NCBI RefSeq assembly: GCF_006345805.1
Contig: NC_043005.1
Coordinates: 33,356,001 to 33,420,000, forward strand
DNA: 64,000 nt
Direction of reading: 5' to 3'
DNA from: Octopus sinensis
Lineage: Eukaryota
The position numbers and the translations under genes were made by a program. Below, piece after piece: positions 25,121-39,114 of the stretch. Below the pieces are notes generated by a model. The model was not told where the DNA came from and ran no database searches. It was given only the letters and a program-made list of their open reading frames with translations. Every line of letters begins with the position of its first letter. The first letter of the stretch is position 1.

Positions 25121-27660
25121 CTTGTTCATTTCCTATGTGGGTTAGCAAGAGGAAGGGCATCTAGCCATTAAAAGTCTACCTTAATGATTTCCATCCAAAT
25201 CTATGCAAGCATGGAAGAGCGAACTTTCAATAATGGTGGGGTTGGGGGTGGTAGCTGTGATGATGACAATTGGTGGTATCATTGTTATTATTATTTATAT
25301 TGACAGAATAGTTAAAGAGACAAAATGTTATAAACCTTTATATTCTGAGTTCAAATCACATGAAGGTCAACGTTACCTTGCATCTTTTTGGAGTCATCAT
25401 CATCCTCAACATTTAACATCCAATTTCCATGCTAACATGTGTTGGATGGCTTGACAGGAACTGGCAAGGGCAAGGGCCACACCAGGTTCCATAATCTGCT
25501 TTGGCTTGGTTTCTATGGATGGATGCCTTTCCTAATGCCAACCACTCCACATAGTGTACTGGATGCTTTTTATGTGGCACCAGCACCAGTACTTTTTACA
25601 TGGCGCCAGCACCCACACCAATGCTTTTTACGGGGCACCTTGATTTTAGGATCTCAATTATGTTGTGGTGGGCAGGTCTTCTCAAGTACAACAATGCACC
25701 ACATATCTTAACCCTCTGTCACCTCCTTCATAAGGTCCAGCATTTTGAGATCAGCTTTCAATACTTTGTACCAAGTCTTCCTGGGTTTTCTTCTTCTACA
25801 GCTTACTTCCACTTTCAGTGATCAGCACTTCTTAAAATAAAGTAGCAAGCAAATACTGAGGTTGATGTAAATGACTAACTCCACCCAAAGTTTTGACCTT
25901 GAGCCAGAAATCATCATCATCAAGGATTGAGGTAATAGTGGTAATGCTTAGCAGAATTCACCCATCTTCATGTTCTGAGTTCAAATTTCACCAAGACCAA
26001 CTTTGCCTTTCATCCTTTTGGGGTCAATAAAAAAAGCCCCAGTTAAATACTGGGGTTGAAATAACAGACTTACCCATTATCCCAAAATTGCTGGCCTAGT
26101 ACCAAAATTTGAAAACAGAACTTATAGCTTTATCTACTTAGAAGTTCCATTGTTAAAAACAATTTATTTCATATCTCTTGAAGATTTTTAAATTCTTATG
26201 AAACAAAAAGCATAAAAATCTCACTGGTAAGCATGAAGCTTCTAAGATGGATGCAGAAATTCAAAGAGTTGCTTTGGTCTAATGGTAGAACATCTGTCAT
26301 GCTTACTGATGTAAGTTTGAGCCACATGGGGACCAATTGATGTTTTCCATTTGATGGCTTTTTAACCCAATATTCTACATGTTATTACTTACAGTTATAT
26401 CTAAGGGGACGAGCTGGAAGAATTGTTAGCACACTAGACAAAATGCTTAGCGGCATTTTGTCTGTCGCTACATTCTGAGTTCCAATTCTGCAGAGCTTAA
26501 CTTTGCCTTTCATCTTTTCAGGGTCTTTAAAATAAGTACCAGTTGTGTACTGAGGTCAATGTAATCGACTTACCTCTTCCCCCAAAACAACTGGTATTGT
26601 GCCAAAATTTGAAACCATTATTTATAATTTTATCTACTTAGAGTACCACTGTTAAATTTGAATTATATGGGAGTGTGTGTGTGTCTTTGTCTTTGTGTAA
26701 TAGTTGTAATCGAATGTCACTGTCATATAAGCAGTGTCATTTATTTCCAATATTCTGGCTGGCCATGGGGAAATATTAACTAGCAAGTAAACAAGTGAAG
26801 AAGGGTATTCAGCCATTAAAAGGGGACATTAAATCGATGATGATGATTATTGTTGCTGTTGATAGTGGTGGTGGTGGTGGTGGTATCACCGGTGTTGCTG
26901 TTGTTATTATTATTATTATCATTATTATTATTATTGTCATTATCACCATTAAGGAAGCAAGCTAGCAGAATCGTTAGCACGCCAAGCAAAATGCTTAGTA
27001 CCATTTTTGTTCATCTTCATGTCGTGAGTTCAAATTCTGCTGAGGTTGACTTTACATTTCATCATTTCAAGATCAATAAAATAAATACCAGTTGAACACT
27101 AGGCCTTGTGCCAAAACTTGAAATTATTATTATTATTATTTCTATAAAAGAAATCATTATTATCATTATTAATATTATTATTTTAGCAGTCTTTTTTTAT
27201 GCATGCTTTCACTGCATAACTGGTGTAGCTCCATATGCCTTAGGTACATGCAGTGTTTTTATTGCATTAAATGTACTCTAAGTAACACCTGTCTGTATGC
27301 AGTGCTAGGTAATTCTATTTTCTGTATGAGGTGTATTACCTGTCTAAGTCCTGGGGTTTTCGTTATTATTACAAGGGCAGCAGATTAGCAGAAGCAGCAC
27401 AGAACTGAATAAAATGTACTTAAATTGATTTACTTAATGAACCCCTCCCCTACAACTGGTGGCCTTGTGCCAAAGTGAGACATTATTATCATTATCATTA
27501 TTATTATTATTGCTGATAATGAGCAGACATGTACTAAGGGTGTGGCACGTACAACCATTCTTACATGGAGAGCAGGTATGGCTGCTGTTTGTGAAGTACA
27601 TTTTTCAGCAGCTCATCTTTTTGATAGAACAACAGCCTGAATTAAGATGAAGATTAGACA

Positions 27661-27808
27661 TGTAAGAGTTAGCACTTCCTTCTCTAAGCTTAGATTCGAT
27701 TTCGAATCTTTAAATTTCGCGCCTATACATGCATTGGTTTTTGATGACCGATGATTCTTGGATTCGATTTCGAATCTAAGCATAGAGAAGGAAGTGCTAA
27801 CTCTTACA
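27661..27808. mobile_element. 148-bp MITE with TGT..ACA ends and 4-bp TSD (Ginger-like)
   Basis: About 48-bp TIRs TGTAAGAGTTAGCACTTCCTTCTCTA.. / ..TAGAGAAGGAAGTGCTAACTCTTACA; TSD GACA at 27657-27660 and 27809-27812. Confidence 0.85.
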
Positions 27809-29225
27809 GACACTTTGTGACAGCTCTTATCTAGTGGGACAACATAATTGGTGAGGGATCCATCCTAGTATTCCAATAACAAGGGTTAATGGAGGTAATA
27901 AGAGATGTCAGATAGGGAGAGACTGAGTATCAATACAGATCCACTCAGTAGTTTGAGCACTTTCATATCAGACCTACAGAAACTTCCAGGAATCCCTGGC
28001 CTAGAAGTACTGACAGTGTCGGTTAAGCTTTATGGCAGTCTTATCAGTCAGACCAGACTAAGAAGTGCCGAGTGCAACAAAACCATTTCTACACACTTAT
28101 TCTGTGTTTGAACATTGGTGACATGTAGAATTGTGCATAACAGCCTTTATCACATGTAGGACAGATCCAGCCGTCAGTTGATTTTTGCCCCCAAGAAAAT
28201 TTTATGTAAGGTGAATGCATGAGGCAGCTGATTCTCAAATTTTTGTCTCAAGGTTGTAGTCAGGACAGAGAATGAAATAGCTGGAACAGAAAGTCAGTTA
28301 TAGGGCTATTTTGACCCACCCGGGGTGGCAGCTTTCCACCTCTTTTGTAAAGTTAGTAACTTTGTTACAAACACACACATTTATGTTTATATTGTATCAA
28401 ATTTTAACCTGATTTTCCTGTTATAACATTTTTGCTCCACCCCATCCATTCATTGCATATAAACACCTCATCTTGTTTTTGCTAACCCTTCAGTATATAT
28501 TTTTGTATTACATGACAGGTCTTTGTGGACAATAAGGAAATCATTATTATCATGAGTATCATTATTATTGTTATTATTATCATTATTATTCCATTAGTTT
28601 CATGCAAGTCTCTATTGCATTGCCACCACATTCACCTCCATATTCTCCAATTATGTGCAGAATTGTCTATTGGGAATATAAAATTGTATTTGTGTGCTAC
28701 ATCTGTTTTGCTTACCTTCTTGTTTCTAGTGCATTATTGTTATCATCATCATCATTATTATTATTATCATTATTATTGACATTCTTATTATCGTCATCAT
28801 CACCTTCATCATTATTAGTTTTATAATACATAGTTTGAGAAATATATCAAGAAGTTGTTTTCTTGGAATAGGAATTTAGTACATCATCATCATCATTTTA
28901 ACATCTGCTTTTCCATGCCCACATGGGTTGGATGGAGTTTATTGAAACATTCTATGACTGGATGACATTCTCACTGCCAACCCTCACTTCTTCAAAAATA
29001 AGGTTGAATTGGTACTATTTCTCCATAACTAGACATGTTTTCTTATGAAAGGCTGGAAATGACACTTTTTATCTGACAGTGACACTCATTTACAACCATC
29101 ATGCAATGTAAGGACAATAACATCAACATCGTTTTAAAGGCAGTGCTCCAGCATGGCCACAGTCAAATGAGTGAAACAAGTAAAAGAATAAAAATAGATG
29201 TATATTTGTGTGTGTATGTATATAC

Positions 29226-29256
<31 letters not shown>

Positions 29257-29844
29257 GTAGAAATATGTTACGAAAAGAAAATATAAAATACACGTGGAAA
29301 TGTAAGGGTAAAATATGAAAAATCAACGAAAATGCACATTGCAAATAAAAAAAAGGCTATTTATGACAGGTAACGACAAATATATACATTTAGATTGACT
29401 GAGGTAGTAATACAAGTCATAAAATCATAAAAGTCATTATTATGAGATGATTATAAGATGATAATAAAGTAAGAGAACAAAACGGACCATGGTTTACGCA
29501 AAGCTATTCATCGTTTTGTATATATATATAAGGTCCTAGGAGGACAAAAAAATAAGGTACTTGTACTGCCCATCTTTTCACAGTCTATTTACATTTACAT
29601 TTCATTACTTTTTGTTTCTTCTTAATATAAGCAAAACACAAAGCTTGACAGACACACAATGTAAGGGAGTTCCTTTGATGTAGGTCTGAATAGGTGCCAC
29701 TCTAATGTTTAAAACCATAAATATTACATAAATTTTCACTTGGAACTTTTGTGTGAATTGGCAATGAAAGCAGAGTTGGTACAGAAACAATTGGAACTGA
29801 TCGTTAAAGATGTGTTAGTCTTTCATTGTCTTCTTATTTGGATT

Positions 29845-29881
<37 letters not shown>

Positions 29882-30289
29882 GGGCTTTTTTCATTTTCTG
29901 TCTATAAAAACCCACTAACAAGGCTTTGGTCTTCCCATGGCTCTAGTATTAATAAATGACACTAGTCCAAGGTACCACACAGTAGGACCGAACCTGAAAC
30001 CATGTGGTTGGGAAGTAAACTTCTTAACTACACAGCCTCATTTGGAGAATATTCATGATGCTCAACATTAACAAAAAAATTCGATGGCAAACATGAAGTT
30101 ACGAGGATCAACACAAAGGTTCAAGGTTAACTGAGGGTTAACACATATCTTTCATCTTTTACTTGTTTTAAACTGATGCCTTGAAGAATTTTAGTCAAAC
30201 TTAGTGACCCCAGTATTTATAATTTTTTTGTAAAGTCTGGTTACAGGGATGTAAACATGCCAACACCAGTTGTCAAGCAGTAGTGAGGG

Positions 30290-30536
30290 ACACACACACA
30301 CACACACATATATACAACAGGCTTCTTTCCATTTCTGTCACCCAAATCTTCTCACAAGGCTTTGGTCAGCCCAAGGTTAAATAGAAGACACTTGCCAAAG
30401 GTGCCATGCAGTGACACTGAACCCAGAACCATGCAGTTGGAAAGCAAGCTTCTTACCACACAGCCATGCTTGCACCTATTATATATAACATATGCTATGT
30501 GTGTGTGTGTGTGTGTGTGTGCGTGCATGTGCATGT

Positions 30537-30567
<31 letters not shown>

Positions 30568-30797
30568 CAACAGGCTTCTTTCCATTTCTGTCACCCAAAT
30601 CTTCTCACAAGGCTTTGGTCAGCCCAAGGTTAAATAGAAGACACTTGCCAAAGGTGCCATGCAGTGACACTGAACCCAGAACCATGCAGTTGGAAAGCAA
30701 GCTTCTTACCACACAGCCATGCTTGCACCTATTATATATAACATATGCTATGTGTGTGTGTGTGTGTGTGTGTGTGCGTGCATGTGCACATGTGTGT

Positions 30798-30800
<3 letters not shown>
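30290..30800. repeat. Tandem duplication (period 253 bp) of a SINE head bounded by (CA)n/(TG)n
   Basis: TTTGGTCAGCCCAAGG at 30361 and 30614; the unique portions appear identical. Confidence 0.9.
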
Positions 30801-30862
<62 letters not shown>

Positions 30863-31767
30863 TACATACATACATACATACATACATACATACATCAGTG
30901 TTGGTGTTATTGTCTTCACATTGCATGATAGTTGCAAATGTCATACAAGCAGGGTCATTTCCAGTCTTCCATAAGAAAACATGTCTAATTACGGAGAAAT
31001 AGTACCAAAAGTACCTTGTTTTGGAAGAAACGTGGGTTGGCAACAAGAAATCATCCAGTCATAGAATGCTTCAATAAACGCCATCCAACCCACATGGGTC
31101 GCATTGTTACAGATATACCTTGCCCCTACCCCACCCCCTGACTTCACTGACAACCACACCATGCACTCCACCATGCAGTGTTTGATTGCAAGGATGCAGT
31201 GTGGCCATCTCAAGCTGTCCTTTTCTCCACAATCTAGTCTTTCTGCTGCAGATTCTGTTGATGTTGTTTAGCTCCAGGTCAAAACCCTGACCCAATATTC
31301 CTCCTATGAGCATCCCATCCTTAAGAGAAGAGTGTCTAGGACTACATTATCTTAAGTGTGTCCTTTTTCTTTAAGACAGTGCAGTATGATTTGAATGACT
31401 TTAGGTTGCTATTTCAAGTTGCAATGACCATAAAGAGACCTCCTTCATTGGCTTGCCCATTTTTATTTTGTTGGTGGTGGTCATGGAGGTTGTTATTTAA
31501 CCCCAGGTCTATCCTGATCAAGCAGACTTATGACCAAAGGTGTTTCAAATACAACCATCATGTATTTTCATATACAGGATTATGTGTATTTAGGACTGCC
31601 TTATCCAATATATCCTTCTAAAGGTTTCCTTATTGAATAATATACCTGCTTTTACTGGTAGTGGCCATGGCATGATTATCAGTGTTGCTGGTTAAAGGAT
31701 AGAGGTGGCAGAGGAGGTTATTGTGATGGTGATGATGATGATGGTATTGATGTTCGTGTTTTGTTGC

Positions 31768-31798
<31 letters not shown>

Positions 31799-32308
31799 TA
31801 TTGCTGCAGATAGCAGCATTTCAGTTGTATGAAATCTGATTCTATTTTTGTTAACTCAGCAGGTAACTATGTGCCACTTCATAACTGCAACAACAACAAC
31901 AACAACCACAACAACAAGTAAGAATGTACCATTGTAATATAGCTGACTCTGAATTATTTCAGAAATTATTCCTGATAACAATAGAAACATCGTTGATTTA
32001 AAAGATTGTTAAGGTACCACAATCATTCATGGCTTTGGCTATGAATGAGGATCCTTACACCTGCTTCTTCTTCCTCTATGCTAGGCTCAAAGACGTAATG
32101 TTTTTATGATTGATATCATGCTAACAACAGTGAGGAGGATGAGGACGATGATAATGATGCTGATTCTGATAATGAAAATGATGGTGGTTATGATAATGAT
32201 AAACATGACAATAATGATGATAGTCATAACAACAATGATTATAATAACAATAATGATGATGATAATGATAAAGAGATATATTTTAAAACCTGTTCTGAAG
32301 ATATACCA

Positions 32309-33233
32309 CTAGGTCATCCCATAAATAATGCATTTTTTTAATACTTCCTTTTATTTTTCAAAATTAAGATAAACAAAGTTCTTTTTTAATCTAGAATATA
32401 CTCTCCTTCATTTTCTACAATGCTCCTCCACCTATCTGGTAGACTTGCAAGACCCCTCTTCCAAAATTCACTTGACTGTGACAAAAAATACTCCTCCAGT
32501 ACTGTTCTGACCTCATCTACAGAATTCATATTTTTTCCATCCAAATGATTTTGAAGACTGCAGAGTATATGATAATCGGATGGGGCAATGTCCAACGAAT
32601 AGGTGGATGGGGCATCATTCCCATTCAAACTCCTCCAGCCTTTGGAATGTTATCCTCACTGCATGTGGCCGAGCATTATCCTGATGGAAGAATACCTTTT
32701 GTCTTGAAATCAAAAACAGTCATTTTCCAAAGGCATGCAGGTATTGATGAATGGTTGAATGAGTAAATCCAAGCTTCTCTGCTAGTTTCTCAACAATTAC
32801 GATGGGATTTTGTTCCACCAGGGTTTGAAGGACATCCTCATCGAGCTGAACAGATCTTCCAGGATGGGGCTGGTCTTCTTGGCTGTAGTTTCTGGCTCAG
32901 AATTTCTGGAACCATCGTTTACACTGGCTTAAGCTTATTGTCTGATCCCCATATACTGCATTAATATTCCTTGCACTTTCCATTGCACTGTTGCCTTTAT
33001 TGAACTCATAGAACAAAATATGCCAAATATACTCCTTTGTCACTTTCATTCTAGCTTTGAAAAAATAACAGTTAAAATCGAACTGCACTCTTCAAAACTC
33101 GCACTAAGAATAAATACAAGGTAAAATTACTACCTGCTTTTATAGCAAGTTGATGCAGATAGTTTATCCTGTATCCCTCCGACTTTTAGTTCATGCAATT
33201 GAAAAAACCGCATTATTTATGGAAACACCCATT
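32309..33233 (-). mobile_element. Internally deleted mariner
   Basis: TIRs GGTCATCCCATAAATAATGC / GCATTATTTATGGAAACACCCA; remnants MKVTKEYIWHILFYEFNKG.. and DIAPSDYHIL..EGEYILD*. Confidence 0.85.
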
Positions 33234-35454
33234 AAATGCTTTCTGTGTTTTGGTGGGGAGGAGATTTTTGCTTGTTTTTGTTTTTCCAGCTCCTTGTCTT
33301 CTTCATTCTTGTTCCCTAATCTCACATCCCCTTCCCCACACCCATCCAGCACCATACAATTATCCCACTCACCAACACCAAAAAAAGACTTATCTTATCA
33401 CTTCTTGAAAACATGCCTTCAGACAAGATTATTTAGATAAATCTTTACATGTGCCACTCTTTATTCTAACCTGCTTTTTTTCATGCCACCTACAGTGTTA
33501 CTGCAATTGGTTGCTGTTGTTAACACTGTTGCTCTGGTTGTTTTCAACATTGCCTTTCCTCTACTTCATCTAATGGCAATTGCTGAACTATTTATTATAC
33601 AGGTGTTGTGGCCAATCCAAAAGTTGGTGGTGACTCACACAACTCAATAACCATCATCATAATCATCATTTTAACAACCACTTTTCCATGTTTGCATGGG
33701 TCAGATAGAGTTTATTGAGGCAGATTTTCTCTGGAAAGATACCCTTCCTGTTGCTAACTCTTATCTATTTCCAAATAAGTTAATATTTCCCCAAGGCCAG
33801 ACAAGTTTTTGCAGAATAATGGAATTGAATGAACCCACTCGTATGAGTGACACTCATTTACAATTATCATGCAATGACAAGACAGAGACACAAACATACA
33901 CACACTCACATATATATATACATACATAACAGATAGATAAATAGATAGATAGAGAGAAAGAGAAAGAGAGAGAGGCAAACAGACAGACAGACAGAGACAG
34001 AGAGAGGCAGGCTTCTTTCAGTTTGCATCTACCAAATCTACTAAAAAGGCTTTGATCAGCTCAGGGCTATAGAGAAAGACACTTGTTCAAGGGGTCATAT
34101 AATAGGAATGAATCCAAAACCTTGTAGGTGGGAAGCAAACTTCTTAATGACACAGCCACACCTGTGGTAGAGTATTACTGGTATTGATCACATTTCATCA
34201 TTTATGCTATTGTACTGATCACTGCAGGCAAAGACACTCAACTCCTCATTGATCGAATTAATCTATCAGATTCTAAACAGAAAGGTATAATGAAGAAGTG
34301 TAGCTAACCACTGAAAGATGTGGTGTAACATACTACTATAGGAAAATATGTAACATGACCACAATAAGAAATAGCGTAACTAACTACAATAAGATGTGTG
34401 GCAACAGTTTAACCATTTAGCTTTCAGATAACGCTATTAAATGTAATGCTGATTTATTCATATTGTTCTGTATTAATCATGCATTACCTCATAGCTTTGA
34501 GGTTTCAATGATGTGATTGTTTATTTTTAGAATATCATTGTAGGATAAGTGTGAGAGGCTAGATATGGCCAGTCTGAATGTAAAACTGATAGAATATTTG
34601 GGCCAGATATGGCTGATTTAATTGCTAAAGGGTTAAATTGCGTTTCACAATAAAAGTTTACAGTAGCAGAATTTGATTTTCACATCTATTACCTTGCTGT
34701 AGCAACAGCTGCTTTCTCCAGACCCAGATGTAAACTTCAGTTGTACATTATAACTTAACAACATGCTCACTAATCATCCAGTACTCTACACTAGTTGCAG
34801 TAGTAACCCATGCCTACCTATAGTACCTATTCATAAGTAGATGGACTAAGCCAGAGACAGTTGTACTCCACAACAATAATAATAGAAGACAAACCACCAA
34901 CAACACATCATTCACTTTTTTAAAAACATCATTGTTATCATATCTGCTTTATCCATGCTAGTATGGGATAGACAGGACCTTTTGAGCCAGTGCTTCAGGG
35001 CCAGATGCCCTTCTTTTAGTCATCTCTCACAAAATACAAGGGTACAGTATGTCAATTCTAAAAACTGGGATATGCACCAATTCCTCCAATGGGGCCCATG
35101 AAAGTAAACAAATGAACATAACCCTTTGATCTCATCCAGCCTGAGACTGCCCCTGGTGCTATGATGCAAATTTCTGTTCAAAAACTATCTACATGAAAAC
35201 TTTCCATCAAAATTTCATGTTGATTTGTGTTCCAAATAGCAACTTAATAATGCTTTCTATAATAGCCACAAGAACTGAAATTTGGGAAGGTGTGGGGTGC
35301 TAGTTGATTACATTGATCCCAGTGATGATAACTTCAGAGGAACAACAGTTCTCTCCTTGAGTCCATCTTGCTTGACTCTGTTATGTGGCTGTATAACCAA
35401 CTAGACATAGCAGTCAAATTCCCTTCAAATAACACCCTGTCATCTTAACAATAT

Positions 35455-35612
35455 CTATTTCATTACTACCCACAAGGGGCTAAACACAGAGGGGACAAAC
35501 AAGGACAGACAAAGGGGTTAAGTCGATTATATCGACCCCAGTGCGTAACTGGTACTTAATTTATCGACCCCGAAAGGATGAAAGGCAAAGTCGACCTCGG
35601 CGGAATTTGAAC
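35455..35612 (-). mobile_element. SINE family B, 5'-truncated
   Basis: Reverse complement of the 3' two-thirds of 59072-59301. Confidence 0.85.
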
Positions 35613-35786
35613 TCATCACCATTACCACCACCAAACAATCTTCCCCCCACCACCACCACCACCATACTACCAGCATTACAAAACATTCATATTCCTTGCC
35701 ACCACTACAATCCTCCCCAACATCACCACTATCACCACCACCATCATCATCACCACCACCTCATTATATTAAGGTAAGCCACTCAC

Positions 35787-35818
35787 CTGTCGAGGATACG
35801 GAATGCCATAGTGCAGAG
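35787..35818 (-). CDS. LYRM1: LYRM1 coding exon 3 (32 nt)
   Basis: ctcttctctttcatctttcag|CT CTG CAC TAT GGC ATT CCG TAT CCT CGA CAG|gtgagt = (A)LHYGIPYPRQ, the LHYxIPYPR signature of LYRM1; phase-compatible with exon 2. Confidence 0.92.
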
Positions 35819-36867
35819 CTGAAAGATGAAAGAGAAGAGATTGTAATGAGTAGGTTAGGTATACACATGCAAACATGTTACACATGAGCAAAAACACATA
35901 GACACACACCCACACTCATAGATACACATTTACAGAGATGCATCATTGTCACAGAATCTTTGTCTGTCCAGTAAGAAATCCATCTAATGGTAGACAGCTG
36001 TAGATCCAAGTTCAGCATGAGTTGGACTATTGTGACATCATAAGAGAGAGAGAAGAGGGCTGAAATTCCACACAGAGCTATAGGAGGATTTGAACACAGT
36101 ACCCTAAGCCAGTGAGTTTCAAACATATTTCATCATGGGATGACCCTGTTATACAATGACTAGAGAGCTAATAAATTAAACAAAACAAAAATATTTTTGA
36201 GAGAGAGAAATGTAATTTCTATTAAAAATAAAAACAAAAAACATAATTAATAATGCTAAGGTTATTCCAACAGAAATTATAACCAGCACTGATTTTTTGC
36301 TACAATGTTTCATATTGAGACTTCAGACGAATAATGAATAATGATGGTAACTTAGAAGTGATAATATCTGTGATTAGAACACTAGGGTCATTCCCATTGA
36401 ACCTTCAAAACTTCTTAAAGTAGTTGGAAACACCCTGCAAGATTGGTGTTAAACCTTACTAGGTACTGCACATATTTTAAGGAAAGTATTAGCTAAGGTG
36501 CTTGTGGTGATATGACAAATGACTAAATACTTCAGTGCATTTTCCATCTACACTGCATAAGAAAGTAATAATAACGAAGATGATGATGATGATGAATTAT
36601 TTTAAAAATGGAGAATACTACCCTTTTTTATATAGGGACAGGAATGGCTGTATGATTAAGAATTTTGCATTGCAACCATATTTTTCACATTCAGTCCCAC
36701 AGCCAGGCACCTTGAGTATACACCTAGGACAACCAATACTACCCAAGTGAATTTGATAGAAAGAAACTGTAGGAAGCCCATTGTGTGGATAGATAGATGG
36801 ATGGGTGAATGGACGGTGCCCAACTCATACCAGCATGGAACATAGACATCAAAAAGTGATGATATAC

Positions 36868-38768
36868 ACAAGGTGGTATCAGAAGGTTCCCAGATTAGTC
36901 ACATTTAATAAAAAACTTATTTACCAAAGTTTTAACATCATCTCTCAACAATAAACTGGTTCCAGTATTCCTGCCACTTTTGGAATCTGGCCTGAAAGTC
37001 ATTTTCTGTGAGTTGGGGACCTTCTCCAATTCGCTCTTAATCTTGACAATGGGGTTAAAACAGTGACCTCTGAGCTGCATTTTCATCTTGGTGTAGAGAT
37101 GGGAGTCTGCAGGTACAAATAAGATGGGTGTGGAAGTGATACCATGTTGTTTTAGTGAGAAACTCACAAGAGAGGAGAGCTTGGTGACAGGGTGCAATGT
37201 CATTTGCGCTCCACAGATCCGATCGCTTTTGTTGAATGTCCTCCTTCAAATGCTTCAAAACATCACAGTAGAACTTTTGATTGACAGTCTGGCTCTGGGG
37301 GGATGAATTCTCAATGCACAAAAGCAGATTTCCAGGAGTGACACTCGTGGCAGGTCTTCCAGATCACTCATCTTCCAGGTACATTCTTCTGTTGTTGAAG
37401 CACCTGTGCTACTCAAAACATTACATACAACACATTGCCTTGTCACTGTAAACTTGCCAAAACATGGTCAATGTCTCTGTAGCAGACTTCCCAAGTTTGA
37501 CGCAAAATTTCACATTGGCTCTCTGTTCCAAAATCATAAACTACAGCATACATGTGATCACAAAAACACAAATTTTACAACTTATAAAATAAACATAGTG
37601 TTGGCAGTGATAGCTAGCAGCGACCTTTATGAGGCAGTGTGCCAAGTGACATTGCTGTGTTTATTTCACAAGTTGTAAAATTTGTGATCACACGTATGCT
37701 GGAGTCATGGACAGGAAGTTGGAACAAGGAGTCATACAGCGATGAGGCAATGAGTTATACACAATGTTTTGAGTGTCACAAGCACTTCAAAAGTGGAAGA
37801 ACATCCCTAGAAGATGATAAGCAATCTGGAAGGCCAGCCATGAACATGACCCAAAAAATGTGGAGAAAATTCACCAGCTTGTGCATGAGGATCATCAGAG
37901 GACACTCAATGACATTTTGAAGCATTTTAGGAAGGACAAGATCAGTGGAGCACAAAGAATTAGATTCTGCACAACAATGATGCACCCTGTCACCAAGCTC
38001 TCATCACTCGTGAGCTTCTTGCCAAAAACAATATGATATCACTTACACATCTGTCCTATTCACCAGATTTAGCCCCTGTGGACTTCCATCTTTACACCAA
38101 GATGAAAATGCTACTCAAAGGTTGCCATTTTAACACCGTTGTAGAGATCAAGAGCAAATCACTGAAGGTCCTTGACTTGCTTACGGAAAACGACTTCCAG
38201 GCCAGATTCCAAAAGTGGCAGAAACACTGGGGCTGATGTATTACTGTGCAAGGTGACTATTTCAAAAGAGATTATACTAAAACTTAGGTAAATAAAATTA
38301 TTTTTTATTAAACATAACTAGTCACAGGAGTGGCTGTGTGGTAAGTAGCTTGTTTACCAACCACATGGTTCCGGGTTCAGTCCCACTGCGTGGCACCTTG
38401 GGCAAGTGTCTTCTACTATAGCCCCGGGCCAACCAAAGCCTTGTGAGTGGATTTGGTAGATGGAAACTGAAAGAAGCCCGTCGTATATATGTATATATAT
38501 ATATATATATGTATGTATGTGCGTGTGTTTGTATGTCTGTGTTTGTCCCCCTAGCATTGCTTGATAACCGATGCTGGTGTGTTTATGTCCCCGTCACTTA
38601 GCGGTTCGGCAAAAGAGACCAATAGAATAAGTACTGGGCTTACAAAGAATAAGTCCCGGGGTCGATTTGCTTGACTAAAGGCGGTGCTCCAGCATGGCCG
38701 CAGTCAAATGACTGAAACAAGTAAAAGAGTAAAAGAGTAGTCCGGGAACCTTTTGATACCACCTCGTA
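36868..38768. mobile_element. Head-to-head mariner dimer with outer TIRs; SINE inserted in the right end
   Basis: Outer TIRs AGGTGGTATCAGAAGGTTCCCAGATTA / TAGTCCGGGAACCTTTTGATACCACCT. Minus-strand remnants 36900-37600; plus-strand remnants 37620-38320 (YSPDLAPVDFHLY). Confidence 0.8.
38325..38737 (+). mobile_element. SINE family A, young full-length copy
   Basis: Complete head to (AAAAGAGT) tail; probable TSD TAGTC; interrupts the mariner TIR region. Confidence 0.9.
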
Positions 38769-39114
38769 TGTGATACTGGATGGAAAGGATGTGAGAGTTA
38801 AGAAAGTGTCTATGTCTGCACACAATATTCTCACTGGCAACTAAAACAGTGAAAGATTCATACATGTTATTGAGCCAAACTTGCTCACAGGTGATGGCTA
38901 GCTCTACACAGAAAACTGCTGTAACACTGCCTGTCGGAATCATTCTTCATGTCTGCTGGAAACCATGCAGCAATTCAATTCACTATTCCACGGCAACATC
39001 ACAACTTCAACTTTTCAAATTAGATGCCTTTAACAAGCTACAATTTCTCTTACCAGTGGCATGTCAGTGGAGATGTCTGCCTTCACAGTATCAAGGTATG
39101 ATATTATATATATA

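Noticed and set aside
38325-38400. tRNA-like A/B box sequences in SINE heads
   Set aside because: No cloverleaf; they are SINE promoters, not tRNA genes.
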